From an uncultured virus (IMG/VR IMGVR_UViG_3300028025_004073) (taxonomy: Duplodnaviria > Heunggongvirae > Uroviricota > Caudoviricetes), in the IMG/VR virus record IMGVR_UViG_3300028025_004073: a stretch of 64,000 nt of DNA; one strand, given 5' to 3'. The position numbers were made by a program, and so were the translations under genes. The notes beneath the pieces were generated by a model. The model made no database searches and was not told the origin of the DNA. It saw only the letters and a list, made by a program, of their open reading frames with translations. Shown here piece by piece: positions 1-7,745 of the stretch (within the stretch, counting starts at the first letter, position 1; each line of letters opens with the position of its first letter).

Positions 1-2
1 GT

Positions 3-323
3 GGCGAGCCAATTCCAAACCGAGAACACGCTGGTGCTTATGCAGGAGCAATCTCACGCCGTGACAACGCCACCGAAATATGCAGTGAATGCGGCACTAT
101 TGAAGCGATTGAAGACATGGAGATTCAATCAGCATGGAAGGCACTACGTCAGTGGCACGATGCAATGGACACAATGATCAGAGATGATAAGCGTGAGTTG
201 CTCACCCAGAATCCGCACGAGTGGTGGAAGTACATGGGGCTACGTGGAGTGATGAATGATCTCGCCAAAGCAGTGCTGAAGCAGGACTGGATCGCTGAGA
301 ACATCGCAAAGGAAGCCAAGTGA
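3..323 (+). CDS. 5'-truncated hypothetical phage protein with a CxxC zinc-binding motif (AISRRDNATEICSECG)
   Basis: The frame of ORF 117..323 stays open back to position 3 (GEPIPNREHAGAYAGAISRRDNATEICSECGTIEAIEDMEIQ...); its stop overlaps the next GTG (GTGA). Confidence 0.6.
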   Translation, partial: GEPIPNREHAGAYAGAISRRDNATEICSECGTIEAIEDMEIQSAWKALRQWHDAMDTMIRDDKRELLTQNPHEWWKYMGLRGVMNDLAKAVLKQDWIAENIAKEAK

Positions 324-511
324 GACTCGCCCGAAAAGAAACGATGTGGAAGGTGCAATTTCACGGGGACTATTTCTCGCTGAGTATGCATCTGTCCGCC
401 GAGACTGAAGACCAAGCGATTGACAATGCCAAAGCCTTGCTTCAGGATCATCACGGGTTCGATATGGACATGGAAGCCGACTCAGCAGAAGCGGAACGGA
501 TCACCGAGTAG
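320..511 (+). CDS. small acidic hypothetical protein
   Basis: Coupled to the upstream gene and followed by a terminator. Confidence 0.55.
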   Translation: MRLARKETMWKVQFHGDYFSLSMHLSAETEDQAIDNAKALLQDHHGFDMDMEADSAEAERITE

Positions 512-539
512 TCCAGATCAATCAGACCCCCTGAAGAGA

Positions 540-571
540 ATCCCTCAGCAGAAATGCTGGGGGATTTTTTT
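540..571 (+). terminator. Rho-independent terminator
   Basis: ATCCCTCAGCA-GAAA-TGCTGGGGGAT stem-loop (one G-U pair) followed by a T-run. Confidence 0.8.
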
Positions 572-712
572 ATGCCCACGTGCGAAACGTGCAGATTGCC
601 GCTTTTCGCCCAAAGACCCAAAAACCCACCATTCACTGAGAAAACCACGCATTGAGAAGCGATCTAAGAGGAGAGATGAATGAGTCATGGGTGTTGGGTG
701 CAGGCAATTCAT

Positions 713-816
713 CAATGAAATTGGGGTTGATTGAGAACGGCATTGTGCCGGCATTGCCATTCTGAGCTCAAATTGGGAGTAAAGCAGCGTGTTGAATTGC
801 CCAATGAAATTGGGGT
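713..816. repeat. 15-bp direct repeat CAATGAAATTGGGGT (713-727, 802-816)
   Basis: Exact copies read from the sequence; internal dyad CAAT-GAA-ATTG. Confidence 0.7.
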
Positions 817-1304
817 CTTTTTGGTGGCCTGCAAATCGCCCGATGTATTCACTCATCACTCACCCAGAGGGAAGAGAAGGGAAGCACGTGGAGCACTCTG
901 GAGTGTGTAGAGCCACCGATCACCGAGTGATCCCAGAAGCGGCGTGAGAAGCGATTACAGCGTGTCTGGTGAGCCAATACCAATGAGTCCACGTGGAGAA
1001 GTGAGGGTAAATCTCCCCCTAGTCCCCGATACCGATTCACGCCCATTCCATAGACCCAAATGCAGGGCAGGAGAAGCCCCTGTAAGCCCCGTAGAGCGTG
1101 GTAGACGCTGGATGGGGATCGATACGTGGGCAAACGCTCCTAGAGCCTCTGGAAGCCTGTAATCACTCCAGCAATGCGGCACTCTGGGGTATCGATATGC
1201 CATGAGCCAGTGTGCAGGGCAATACAAACCCTCAACTACGCCCAAACCCAATGCCCATAAGGGATTCGCCCAAACCCTAAACCACTTCGGCAGCATACGG
1301 TATA

Positions 1305-1401
1305 ACCCTATAGTAGAGGTATAGAGTATGGCTGTATGTCTAACCCTCTAGTAGAGGTAGAGGGATACCCCCCACCCTTAAGTCTCAAGTGAGGGTTGAG
1401 A
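1305..1401. repeat. three tandem hairpin/dyad elements with 7-nt purine-rich loops
   Basis: CTATA-GTAGAGG-TATAG, CCCTCTA-GTAGAGG-TAGAGGG, TCTCAA-GTGAGGG-TTGAGA; units 1 and 2 match at 18/19 (1303-1321 vs 1341-1359). Confidence 0.75.
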
Positions 1402-1508
1402 GGGGGGCGAGGACCCACTAGCCAATACGCACCAATCCACTAGATAGACCCACCCCAAAAAATTGGACACACACACGTTTTCGCCCAAATAGCCCTATAC
1501 TTGAAACC

Positions 1509-1898
1509 ATGACTCTTAGTCCCGACCAGTTCCACATGCATATGTATCATGGGACTTCAAAAAAGAATGCCCAAGACATCAAGCATTATGGACTAGGTAT
1601 TAAAACAGGATTAGGTAAACCCAACGTCTATTTAACACATGACTATGAATTGGCTCAACACTACGCCAACAGGAATTACGGCGAGCCAGCAATCGTAAAA
1701 GTCCGTGTAAACCCAAGAAACCTGCAAGTGGACTGGAATTCCTTTGAAACTCCTGTACATACAAGCGTAAATAGAAATTTTGATGAGTCTAAACTACGTA
1801 CTGATGATTCCAGTGACTGGAAGAATAGCCTTCGCCAAACAGGTTCAGTAATGCACTGGGGTCACATTCCTCCAGAGAATGTGCTTGAAATTAAGTAG
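1509..1898 (+). CDS. putative ADP-ribosyltransferase-fold protein (H-Y type) with N-terminal LSPDQF leader
   Basis: MYHGTS...NVYLT...AQHYA pattern of the ART/PARP-like NAD-binding strands; TATACT at 1496-1501 upstream. Confidence 0.6.
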   Translation: MTLSPDQFHMHMYHGTSKKNAQDIKHYGLGIKTGLGKPNVYLTHDYELAQHYANRNYGEPAIVKVRVNPRNLQVDWNSFETPVHTSVNRNFDESKLRTDDSSDWKNSLRQTGSVMHWGHIPPENVLEIK

Positions 1899-1924
1899 AC
1901 CTAAATTTCGCTCTAAATTTAGTA

Positions 1925-2299
1925 CTACTCTGTCTCCCATGTATGGGTTGTACCCATGTGTTGACGCTTAGGTACTCGTTTTCCTGTACTTTTAGCCCAA
2001 GCATCGCCTTCGTCAGTCCGATCTGGTGAATGCTTAGGTGGTTGCACCCCACGAGTAGTTTTTGCCACCTCATGTGCATAGTTAAACATGTCAGTTGCTA
2101 CACCCTGTCTACGGTGGTTTGGTTCTACAAAAATGTTTGATATGTGGTTGTTACCCTTTGAGTACCACTCCAACTCGCCAACATAGTCAGTATCTTCTTC
2201 CGCCACCACCCGATGCCTAGTTTCTTTACCTATAGGTGATTTAGGGTTACCCTTTTCAAACCTAAATTGGTAGCCACTCAGACTCTCGTGAGCAGCCAT
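1925..2299 (-). CDS. GNAT-family acetyltransferase with MAAHE..QF leader
   Basis: Acetyl-CoA motif A: IFVEPNHRRQGVATDMF. Confidence 0.8.
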   Translation of the reverse strand: MAAHESLSGYQFRFEKGNPKSPIGKETRHRVVAEEDTDYVGELEWYSKGNNHISNIFVEPNHRRQGVATDMFNYAHEVAKTTRGVQPPKHSPDRTDEGDAWAKSTGKRVPKRQHMGTTHTWETE

Positions 2300-2685
2300 T
2301 AGCGTTCCAAATCTTCCGTTGGTAGATACCTATTAGGGGGTACTTCATCGCCAGTGGACTTCGCCCAAGCATCTCCAGCCGCAGTGCGGTATTGGGAGTG
2401 TCTTACTGACGGAATACGCTTGTTTACACCCTTGTTAGAGGCAGCATCAGCCACATTTTGAGCGTGATTCCACATTCCTGTGGCTAGTCCTTTACGTTGG
2501 TGGGGTTCTTTTACAGCGATCTCCCACAACTTTCCGTGCTGGTTCCAGTCCATATACCCAACTTGCTCACCTGTTGGCTTGTGTATAGCCTGTACTTCAT
2601 GGCTATATTCGGGAATGAATGGACCAGAATCCTTAATTGGGCGGTATCGGAACTGATACTCACTGATACTTTCATGTGCAGCCAT
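2299..2685 (-). CDS. GNAT-family acetyltransferase (paralog) with MAAHE..QF leader
   Basis: IAVKEPHQRKGLATGMW; shares HS..RT..GDAWAKSTG with the neighbouring GNAT. Confidence 0.8.
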   Translation of the reverse strand: MAAHESISEYQFRYRPIKDSGPFIPEYSHEVQAIHKPTGEQVGYMDWNQHGKLWEIAVKEPHQRKGLATGMWNHAQNVADAASNKGVNKRIPSVRHSQYRTAAGDAWAKSTGDEVPPNRYLPTEDLER

Positions 2686-2966
2686 TATCGTATGCGCCCC
2701 TGACGGGGGCCAGATTGATGCTGTTCTTTACAGTCATCGCCGCAATAGTAGTTGGTTACATGGTTTGGATTAACTTTAGTATTGTCTGAATACCGCTCTG
2801 GTTTGACAACTTTTACATCATCCATGTGTACGTCATTCCCACAATTGTCGCATTCAACAATAGACATGAGGTAATCGTTGTCTTCGTGACTATTCTGAGC
2901 GTTTGGGTAAGACCCTTGCAAAGCATTAAAAAACTGCTCAGGATTGATATGCTTATCGGCAGCCAT
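2685..2966 (-). CDS. small Zn-finger protein with MAADKHINPEQF leader
   Basis: CDNC...CGDDC; TAATG-coupled. Confidence 0.6.
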   Translation of the reverse strand: MAADKHINPEQFFNALQGSYPNAQNSHEDNDYLMSIVECDNCGNDVHMDDVKVVKPERYSDNTKVNPNHVTNYYCGDDCKEQHQSGPRQGRIR

Positions 2967-3400
2967 TAGGCTCTTCCTCGTCTGCGTGGGGTAAACTCAT
3001 GGTAAGTATCATTACCATCACGGTTAAAGTTTGTTGCTTGTACAATGTGTACAGGTGTACCCCTACGTAGAGGTATCTCTTGTTCTGATTCTACAGACCC
3101 CATACCCTCGTTAGCGTAGTATTCATGCTCTGGAGTACCTGGTTTCAACATATGGCGTTTGTGTACTAGACCGACAAGGACTGTACCTTTATTTTCTTCT
3201 CGGTCATGTCCACCTGTAAAGTCGGCATCACCAAAATACTCAGTTGCAAACTTGTCGGCTGTCTGGGGGTTGTTATCCCCAACCCAATGATGTCCTAGGT
3301 TATTCTCGTTTACCTCATCGTGGTGTAACCCTGCAAAGCCACGGTGTAGGCGCACATAACGACCTGATTGGAAACTATTGAGGTTTTCGTACGCAGCCAT
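2966..3400 (-). CDS. putative ADP-ribosyltransferase (R-S-E-like clade) with MAAYENLN leader
   Basis: VRLHRG...HHW...ESEQEIPLRRG (catalytic Arg strand and ExE loop); own TATAAT at 3412-3407. Confidence 0.55.
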   Translation of the reverse strand: MAAYENLNSFQSGRYVRLHRGFAGLHHDEVNENNLGHHWVGDNNPQTADKFATEYFGDADFTGGHDREENKGTVLVGLVHKRHMLKPGTPEHEYYANEGMGSVESEQEIPLRRGTPVHIVQATNFNRDGNDTYHEFTPRRRGRA

Positions 3401-3445
3401 TTACTAATTATACGCTAAGTAAAAAATTTGCCGTGTAAAGGGCGA

Positions 3446-3973
3446 TTACTTCTTCCTACTTGGTCGCATTTCGGGTGGTGTTTGCTGTGGTTTCCAGTTT
3501 TCTGGGTTGTTTTGTATAGTTTCCATACGAGGCTTTTCAATACCTATTTTGTTGTATGTTGTTGTTTCAGTAGTGTTTTCAGGGTTGTCTTTTTCTATTT
3601 TGCGTAAATATCCTCTTTTGGGCAAAACAACGGCTGATTTAGCCTTATTGTTGTATTGCCTGTACGTAAAATCCACTACATATGGGCCGTGAGTAGTTCC
3701 TACCTCTACAGCCGAATGTCCTATCCCACGAGCATCATTGTTTAGCGATACTTGCTTAACGTGCTTTGGATTAAGTCCTGTGTGACCCAGGTGACTGCGT
3801 TCCACGAAATCCTCAGAACATTCGTAACATACGCCAGATTCATCACTAAAATCAGGGTTTGATTCAGGATCGTTGCGGTTTGGGTTATCCCAGTTGATAG
3901 CAACATTCTTTTTCTCATATCGGGTTGCTAATTGACGAAGTACCCAGGGATTTATAGACTCATGTGCAGCCAT
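3446..3973 (-). CDS. papain-like/transglutaminase-fold Cys-His-Asp enzyme (peptidase or deamidase) with MAAHE leader
   Basis: SGVCYECSEDF...GHSAVEV...YVVDFTYRQY. Confidence 0.6.
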   Translation of the reverse strand: MAAHESINPWVLRQLATRYEKKNVAINWDNPNRNDPESNPDFSDESGVCYECSEDFVERSHLGHTGLNPKHVKQVSLNNDARGIGHSAVEVGTTHGPYVVDFTYRQYNNKAKSAVVLPKRGYLRKIEKDNPENTTETTTYNKIGIEKPRMETIQNNPENWKPQQTPPEMRPSRKK

Positions 3974-4566
3974 TATTTATCCGTAATGCCTAATTCATCT
4001 TTTGCTTCAGCATGATATCCACCATAATCTCGTTCTTGAGCGCCAGGGTCAGTAGAGAACTGTTGTGTGCTTAAATGCTTTACATGACCTAATTGGACTG
4101 CTTGATGTGGGATTACATAGGAAGTAGAGCCTGGTTCTTCCCAACGGTTTCGGTATTTTTTAATACTTTTAGTACTGTCTTCTTTTACCCGTAAATCTTC
4201 TACGTAATCATGGGCTTCTGTATCAGCAATAATACCTGGAATATCATACCCTTCAGAGTGTGGGTCTTCATAGGTAAGCATTGATGGGCGCTTCTTAATT
4301 TGGTAAGTATGTAGATATGTTGTGAAATCTGGGCCATCTGGGTGGTCTTCGTTATCTGGGTCTTCGTAAAACTCTTGTTCCCTTTGTGCATGCATTAGCA
4401 ATGAACGATCTAATGCAGCATTAATTGTTCCAGCGTGAAAACCGCCTCTTGGTTTAAGTCCTAGTTTTTTCTTATATGCCTCATCTCTTGCAGCAAGGGT
4501 ATGGGGAGGCACTACGTTTGTACTGGTATGGTAAACCGTGATGTTGGTAGGGTCTTTTTTAGCCAT
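3973..4566 (-). CDS. ART-like protein resembling the ADP-ribosyltransferase domains of polyvalent proteins (paralog 1)
   Basis: VYHTS...GFHAGTINAALDR...YRNRWEEPGSTSYVI; motifs shared with 4995..5693 and 6121..6564. Confidence 0.55.
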   Translation of the reverse strand: MAKKDPTNITVYHTSTNVVPPHTLAARDEAYKKKLGLKPRGGFHAGTINAALDRSLLMHAQREQEFYEDPDNEDHPDGPDFTTYLHTYQIKKRPSMLTYEDPHSEGYDIPGIIADTEAHDYVEDLRVKEDSTKSIKKYRNRWEEPGSTSYVIPHQAVQLGHVKHLSTQQFSTDPGAQERDYGGYHAEAKDELGITDK

Positions 4567-4988
4567 TACTTTTTCTTTTCTGTTGGCGTGTGTACGTATG
4601 CATCAATAAATGGTCGTTTATCCACTAAAGCAGCAGCAATACGATGAGTCCCATCCAATATTTCAGCAGTACCTTGATGCATATACACATTTGGGTATTC
4701 CAAGTGTTCGTATTCTGGGTCTTCTTCTTCGCCCCATACGTCTGACTTGCGTTCTGACTGTGCTTTCCTGTATGCATCCACTGTGCTGGGGTTTAGGTCA
4801 GTTTGTTTATTGCTAAAAAACTTGGTGTTTTGAAGGTCTAGTTGAGTAGTCCCTCGTTCTACCGCACCAGCAAAATCTTCTTTAAAGATTGGTCGCCCCT
4901 GCATAGGCCAGTTTTTGGGTGTAGTTGTACCTATACCTACTTTTTTAAGGCTGTCAAACTGCCCACTTAAACTTTCATGTGCTGCCAT
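4566..4988 (-). CDS. ParB/Sulfiredoxin-like domain protein with MAAHESLSGQF leader
   Basis: YPNVY...ILDGTHRIAAA (GxHR motif). Confidence 0.7.
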   Translation of the reverse strand: MAAHESLSGQFDSLKKVGIGTTTPKNWPMQGRPIFKEDFAGAVERGTTQLDLQNTKFFSNKQTDLNPSTVDAYRKAQSERKSDVWGEEEDPEYEHLEYPNVYMHQGTAEILDGTHRIAAALVDKRPFIDAYVHTPTEKKK

Positions 4989-4994
4989 TATTTA

Positions 4995-5693
4995 TCAATC
5001 CTCATATTGACTTGAGATATCCCAATCTTTATATTCTTTTCTTTGACGTTTTGATTTTTCTGTGTCTGAAGTGCCTGAATAGTCCATAGGAATTACAGGT
5101 TGGGTTTGTGGGTCTGGAGCGCCGTGTACACGAAGATTAAGACGTGGGGAAGGTACAGCATATGAAATAAACGCACTATCTGGTACTTCTTCAGGTTTTA
5201 GTGGATTACCTTTAGGTGATACAGGTGTTTCCCAATCATTTCGGTAAGGAACAACCTTATTGCTTTCAAGGGCTTTAAATGCTTCCTGTACATCTGGGTG
5301 ATTTTCTAACTCTTCAAAATTACTTGGTATTGCTGCATATCGTGAATGCATTTTGTTTTTTCGTAAAAGCAAACCGTGTGCGACATTTATTGCGGTATCG
5401 CTCATTATTCGTGGGTGAAATTCAGCAAATTGAGAAAACTGTAGTTTATGAACACCTGGAAAACTAACACCAGTAGGCCATTGTGGGTCTGGGTTGTTGT
5501 CTAATTCTGTTTCTATATATGATTCTGGTGTTTCAATTCTTTGATTGGCTTGGTCTTGTGTCCCAACATGTAATAATGGCGCTCTTAAAAATTCATGGGG
5601 TTCAAAAAAGTTACTCCCGTGATATACAGGAGTACCCTTTGCTTCATCTACATTAAAGTTTAATTCGCTCTTAGGACCTACTCTTTTAGCCAT
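4995..5693 (-). CDS. ART-like protein (paralog 2)
   Basis: VYHGS...LHVGTQDQANQR...PYRNDWE...ISYAVPSP. Confidence 0.5.
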   Translation of the reverse strand: MAKRVGPKSELNFNVDEAKGTPVYHGSNFFEPHEFLRAPLLHVGTQDQANQRIETPESYIETELDNNPDPQWPTGVSFPGVHKLQFSQFAEFHPRIMSDTAINVAHGLLLRKNKMHSRYAAIPSNFEELENHPDVQEAFKALESNKVVPYRNDWETPVSPKGNPLKPEEVPDSAFISYAVPSPRLNLRVHGAPDPQTQPVIPMDYSGTSDTEKSKRQRKEYKDWDISSQYED

Positions 5694-6121
5694 TATCCTA
5701 AATACCCTTCGTAAACATCTGTATGGGAATCCCCACGAAGACGAGATGCCACTATGCGGTGATGCCCTTCGTCAATCCATTTTGATCCTCTTGCTGTCTC
5801 ATAGACTTCTGGGATGTATCTTCTTTCAGGGTAGTGTGGGTCTATTTCAGGAGCACCTTTTGACATATATTGTTGAACTGTAGGACCATCAAGATAATCT
5901 TGTGCCGTATTGAGTGTTTCTCTAGATGATACTGACCCTTCACTTTCTAACCCATAATCACGACCACTACTAGTAGGCATTTCTTCTAAAGGCCATGAAC
6001 GAATGTTTGTTGCTTTGAATACTTTGCGAGCGTCATCACCCTCAATCACACCCTTACTGCGTTTAACAATATCTAACGCTTCTGCAAACTGGTCATTACT
6101 GGTGTGTTCGTGAGCAGCCAT
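5693..6121 (-). CDS. ParB/Sulfiredoxin-like domain protein with MAAHEHTSNDQF leader
   Basis: IPEVY...WIDEGHHRIVASRL. Confidence 0.7.
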   Translation of the reverse strand: MAAHEHTSNDQFAEALDIVKRSKGVIEGDDARKVFKATNIRSWPLEEMPTSSGRDYGLESEGSVSSRETLNTAQDYLDGPTVQQYMSKGAPEIDPHYPERRYIPEVYETARGSKWIDEGHHRIVASRLRGDSHTDVYEGYLG

Positions 6122-6564
6122 TATTTGGGTACTCCGTGGTTAAATACGCTTCCACCAACCATTCCTTGCATGGCTTTACCGATATCTTGACCGTCACGAC
6201 CACGTAAGGCTTGAAACTGTACTCCAAGGTACTTTACGTGGTTTCCTATAAATTTTGAAGGAATAACGTATGAAGTTGATCCTTCATCTTCAATTTTGTT
6301 CTTGTAAGGGTAGATACGCTTTTGGTTGTACTCAGGAACAACATTTGGAACATCATCATATTCCTCTATAGGGTCTGACCACATAGCACGGGAAGTGGGG
6401 GCTTTGTCAGAGATTTCATACCCATGAATAGAGGCAATACCACCTAACCGTTCTTCTTCATCTAACCTCTCTTGGGAAGCACGAAGTGTTCCTGCATGAA
6501 AAGGAGTGTTGTAAGAATGTGGTGCTTCTTGGCTAAACGTGCCGTGGTAGACGATTTTGCCCAT
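6121..6564 (-). CDS. ART-like protein (paralog 3)
   Basis: VYHGT...FHAGTLRASQER...YPYKNKIEDEGSTSYVIPS. Confidence 0.55.
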   Translation of the reverse strand: MGKIVYHGTFSQEAPHSYNTPFHAGTLRASQERLDEEERLGGIASIHGYEISDKAPTSRAMWSDPIEEYDDVPNVVPEYNQKRIYPYKNKIEDEGSTSYVIPSKFIGNHVKYLGVQFQALRGRDGQDIGKAMQGMVGGSVFNHGVPK

Positions 6565-6737
6565 TATTTCTTCTTCTTTGCTTGTTTGGCTTTATGCTTT
6601 TCTAAAAGGTATGCAGGGTCACGCTTGGTAAAACCTGCTGCTTGATGGATTTCACTTAGTGATACAGGCTCACCATCAACCCACGTTCCTGGTTCAATGG
6701 GGAACTGCTGTCCGTTGAGGTTGTTTTGGGCTGGCAT
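6564..6737 (-). CDS. 57-aa protein with MPAQNNLNGQQF leader and basic tail; first gene of the minus-strand array
   Basis: Re-annotated start at ATG 6737 (TATACT 6 nt upstream); TAATG coupling downstream. Confidence 0.6.
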   Translation of the reverse strand: MPAQNNLNGQQFPIEPGTWVDGEPVSLSEIHQAAGFTKRDPAYLLEKHKAKQAKKKK

Positions 6738-6743
6738 CTTCCA

Positions 6744-6753
6744 AGTATATACT
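6744..6753. promoter_or_regulatory. palindromic bidirectional -10 element AGTATATACT
   Basis: TATACT on each strand lies exactly 6 nt from ATG 6760 (+) and ATG 6737 (-). Confidence 0.7.
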
Positions 6754-6759
6754 GAGGTT

Positions 6760-7098
6760 ATGAACACAACTTGTCCAAATTGCCAACACCATTTCAATGC
6801 AAAAGAGCATGCCGATCAAGAGCCGTTTCTAACGATTGAAAAGGATACTGCTCCGTGGAAACTGCTAGAAGCGTATCGTTTTCAGATGGAAAGACCAAAA
6901 CTAGACGAAGACCTGTATGAAATCGCTAAACAGATGTTTCCAGGTCTAGATATATCCAGCCCGTGGAGAGTTATTACATCGTTGGTTAAATCTGGATATG
7001 TACAAAAAGTCGGGGAAAAAATGTCTAGCCGTAACCGCCCTGCACGGGTTTGCACCATTACTGACTTTGGGCGCAATACAATGAGAGAACTTGACTAA
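6760..7098 (+). CDS. Zn-ribbon plus winged-helix putative DNA-binding protein
   Basis: TCPNCQH; WRVITSLVKSGYVQKVGEKMSSRNRPARVCTITDFG is wHTH-like; start re-annotated to 6760. Confidence 0.6.
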   Translation: MNTTCPNCQHHFNAKEHADQEPFLTIEKDTAPWKLLEAYRFQMERPKLDEDLYEIAKQMFPGLDISSPWRVITSLVKSGYVQKVGEKMSSRNRPARVCTITDFGRNTMRELD

Positions 7099-7116
7099 CC
7101 ATCTATACTCAGCACT

Positions 7117-7728
7117 ATGGCAACACACATTACAGATATCCCTAAACCGTTTTACTGTAATGTCCAAAATGAGTTTTTGTACAACTTTGAAAAAGGGTTT
7201 GGTGAATACACTGCCTGTTTAGTTTATGGTCTATCTGCAATCCCCAATAGGGCGTGGGGTGTATCTCTACTTTTAGAAAACGGTGCGCTAGTACAACATG
7301 TTCCCTTGCATGCTTTGACTTTTCATACACCTGCTGTACATCAACATCCTTTAGACCATTTACAGGTATGGAGTTGCTATGGGCAAGATTTCACTACCCA
7401 TGAGTACAGCGCCCTATCTGAGTTAGCCGTAAAGGTGTACATGAAGGAAGGTGTTTGGGAAACAGGTAGGTATATGTTTACGGCTGCCCCGTACGGTGAT
7501 ATGTACTCCTCAACTCCTGACCAGCACAAGCACTTTAACTTTGTGCGTTTAGATTGTGGTCGTGTAGGTGCATGGCCTGGTAACCGCATGCTGGTGTTTG
7601 ACGAGTCTTTTGTCAAATTGTCAGATGAGCGCCCTAAATACATTACAAACACTAAAATTTGGTATCCAGAGGGTTTAGACGTGTCTGACCCATTTGACAC
7701 GGTTATTTCCCCAGACACCTCTTTGTAA
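7117..7728 (+). CDS. hypothetical phage protein
   Basis: 203-aa ORF with its own TATACT (7104-7109). Confidence 0.7.
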   Translation: MATHITDIPKPFYCNVQNEFLYNFEKGFGEYTACLVYGLSAIPNRAWGVSLLLENGALVQHVPLHALTFHTPAVHQHPLDHLQVWSCYGQDFTTHEYSALSELAVKVYMKEGVWETGRYMFTAAPYGDMYSSTPDQHKHFNFVRLDCGRVGAWPGNRMLVFDESFVKLSDERPKYITNTKIWYPEGLDVSDPFDTVISPDTSL

Positions 7729-7745
7729 TTGTATATACTTACCGT

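Noticed and set aside
149..1296. Overlapping ORF-track calls (149..454, 420..683, 545..859, 849..1133, 944..1162, 955..1296)
   Set aside because: No recognisable motifs, mutually overlapping, cross a terminator or repeats; probably spurious
1925..6737. Integron-like cassette array or DNA-level recombination repeats at gene starts
   Set aside because: Genes overlap by TAATG with no attC-like spacers; shared DNA is short and synonymously diverged; no integrase seen
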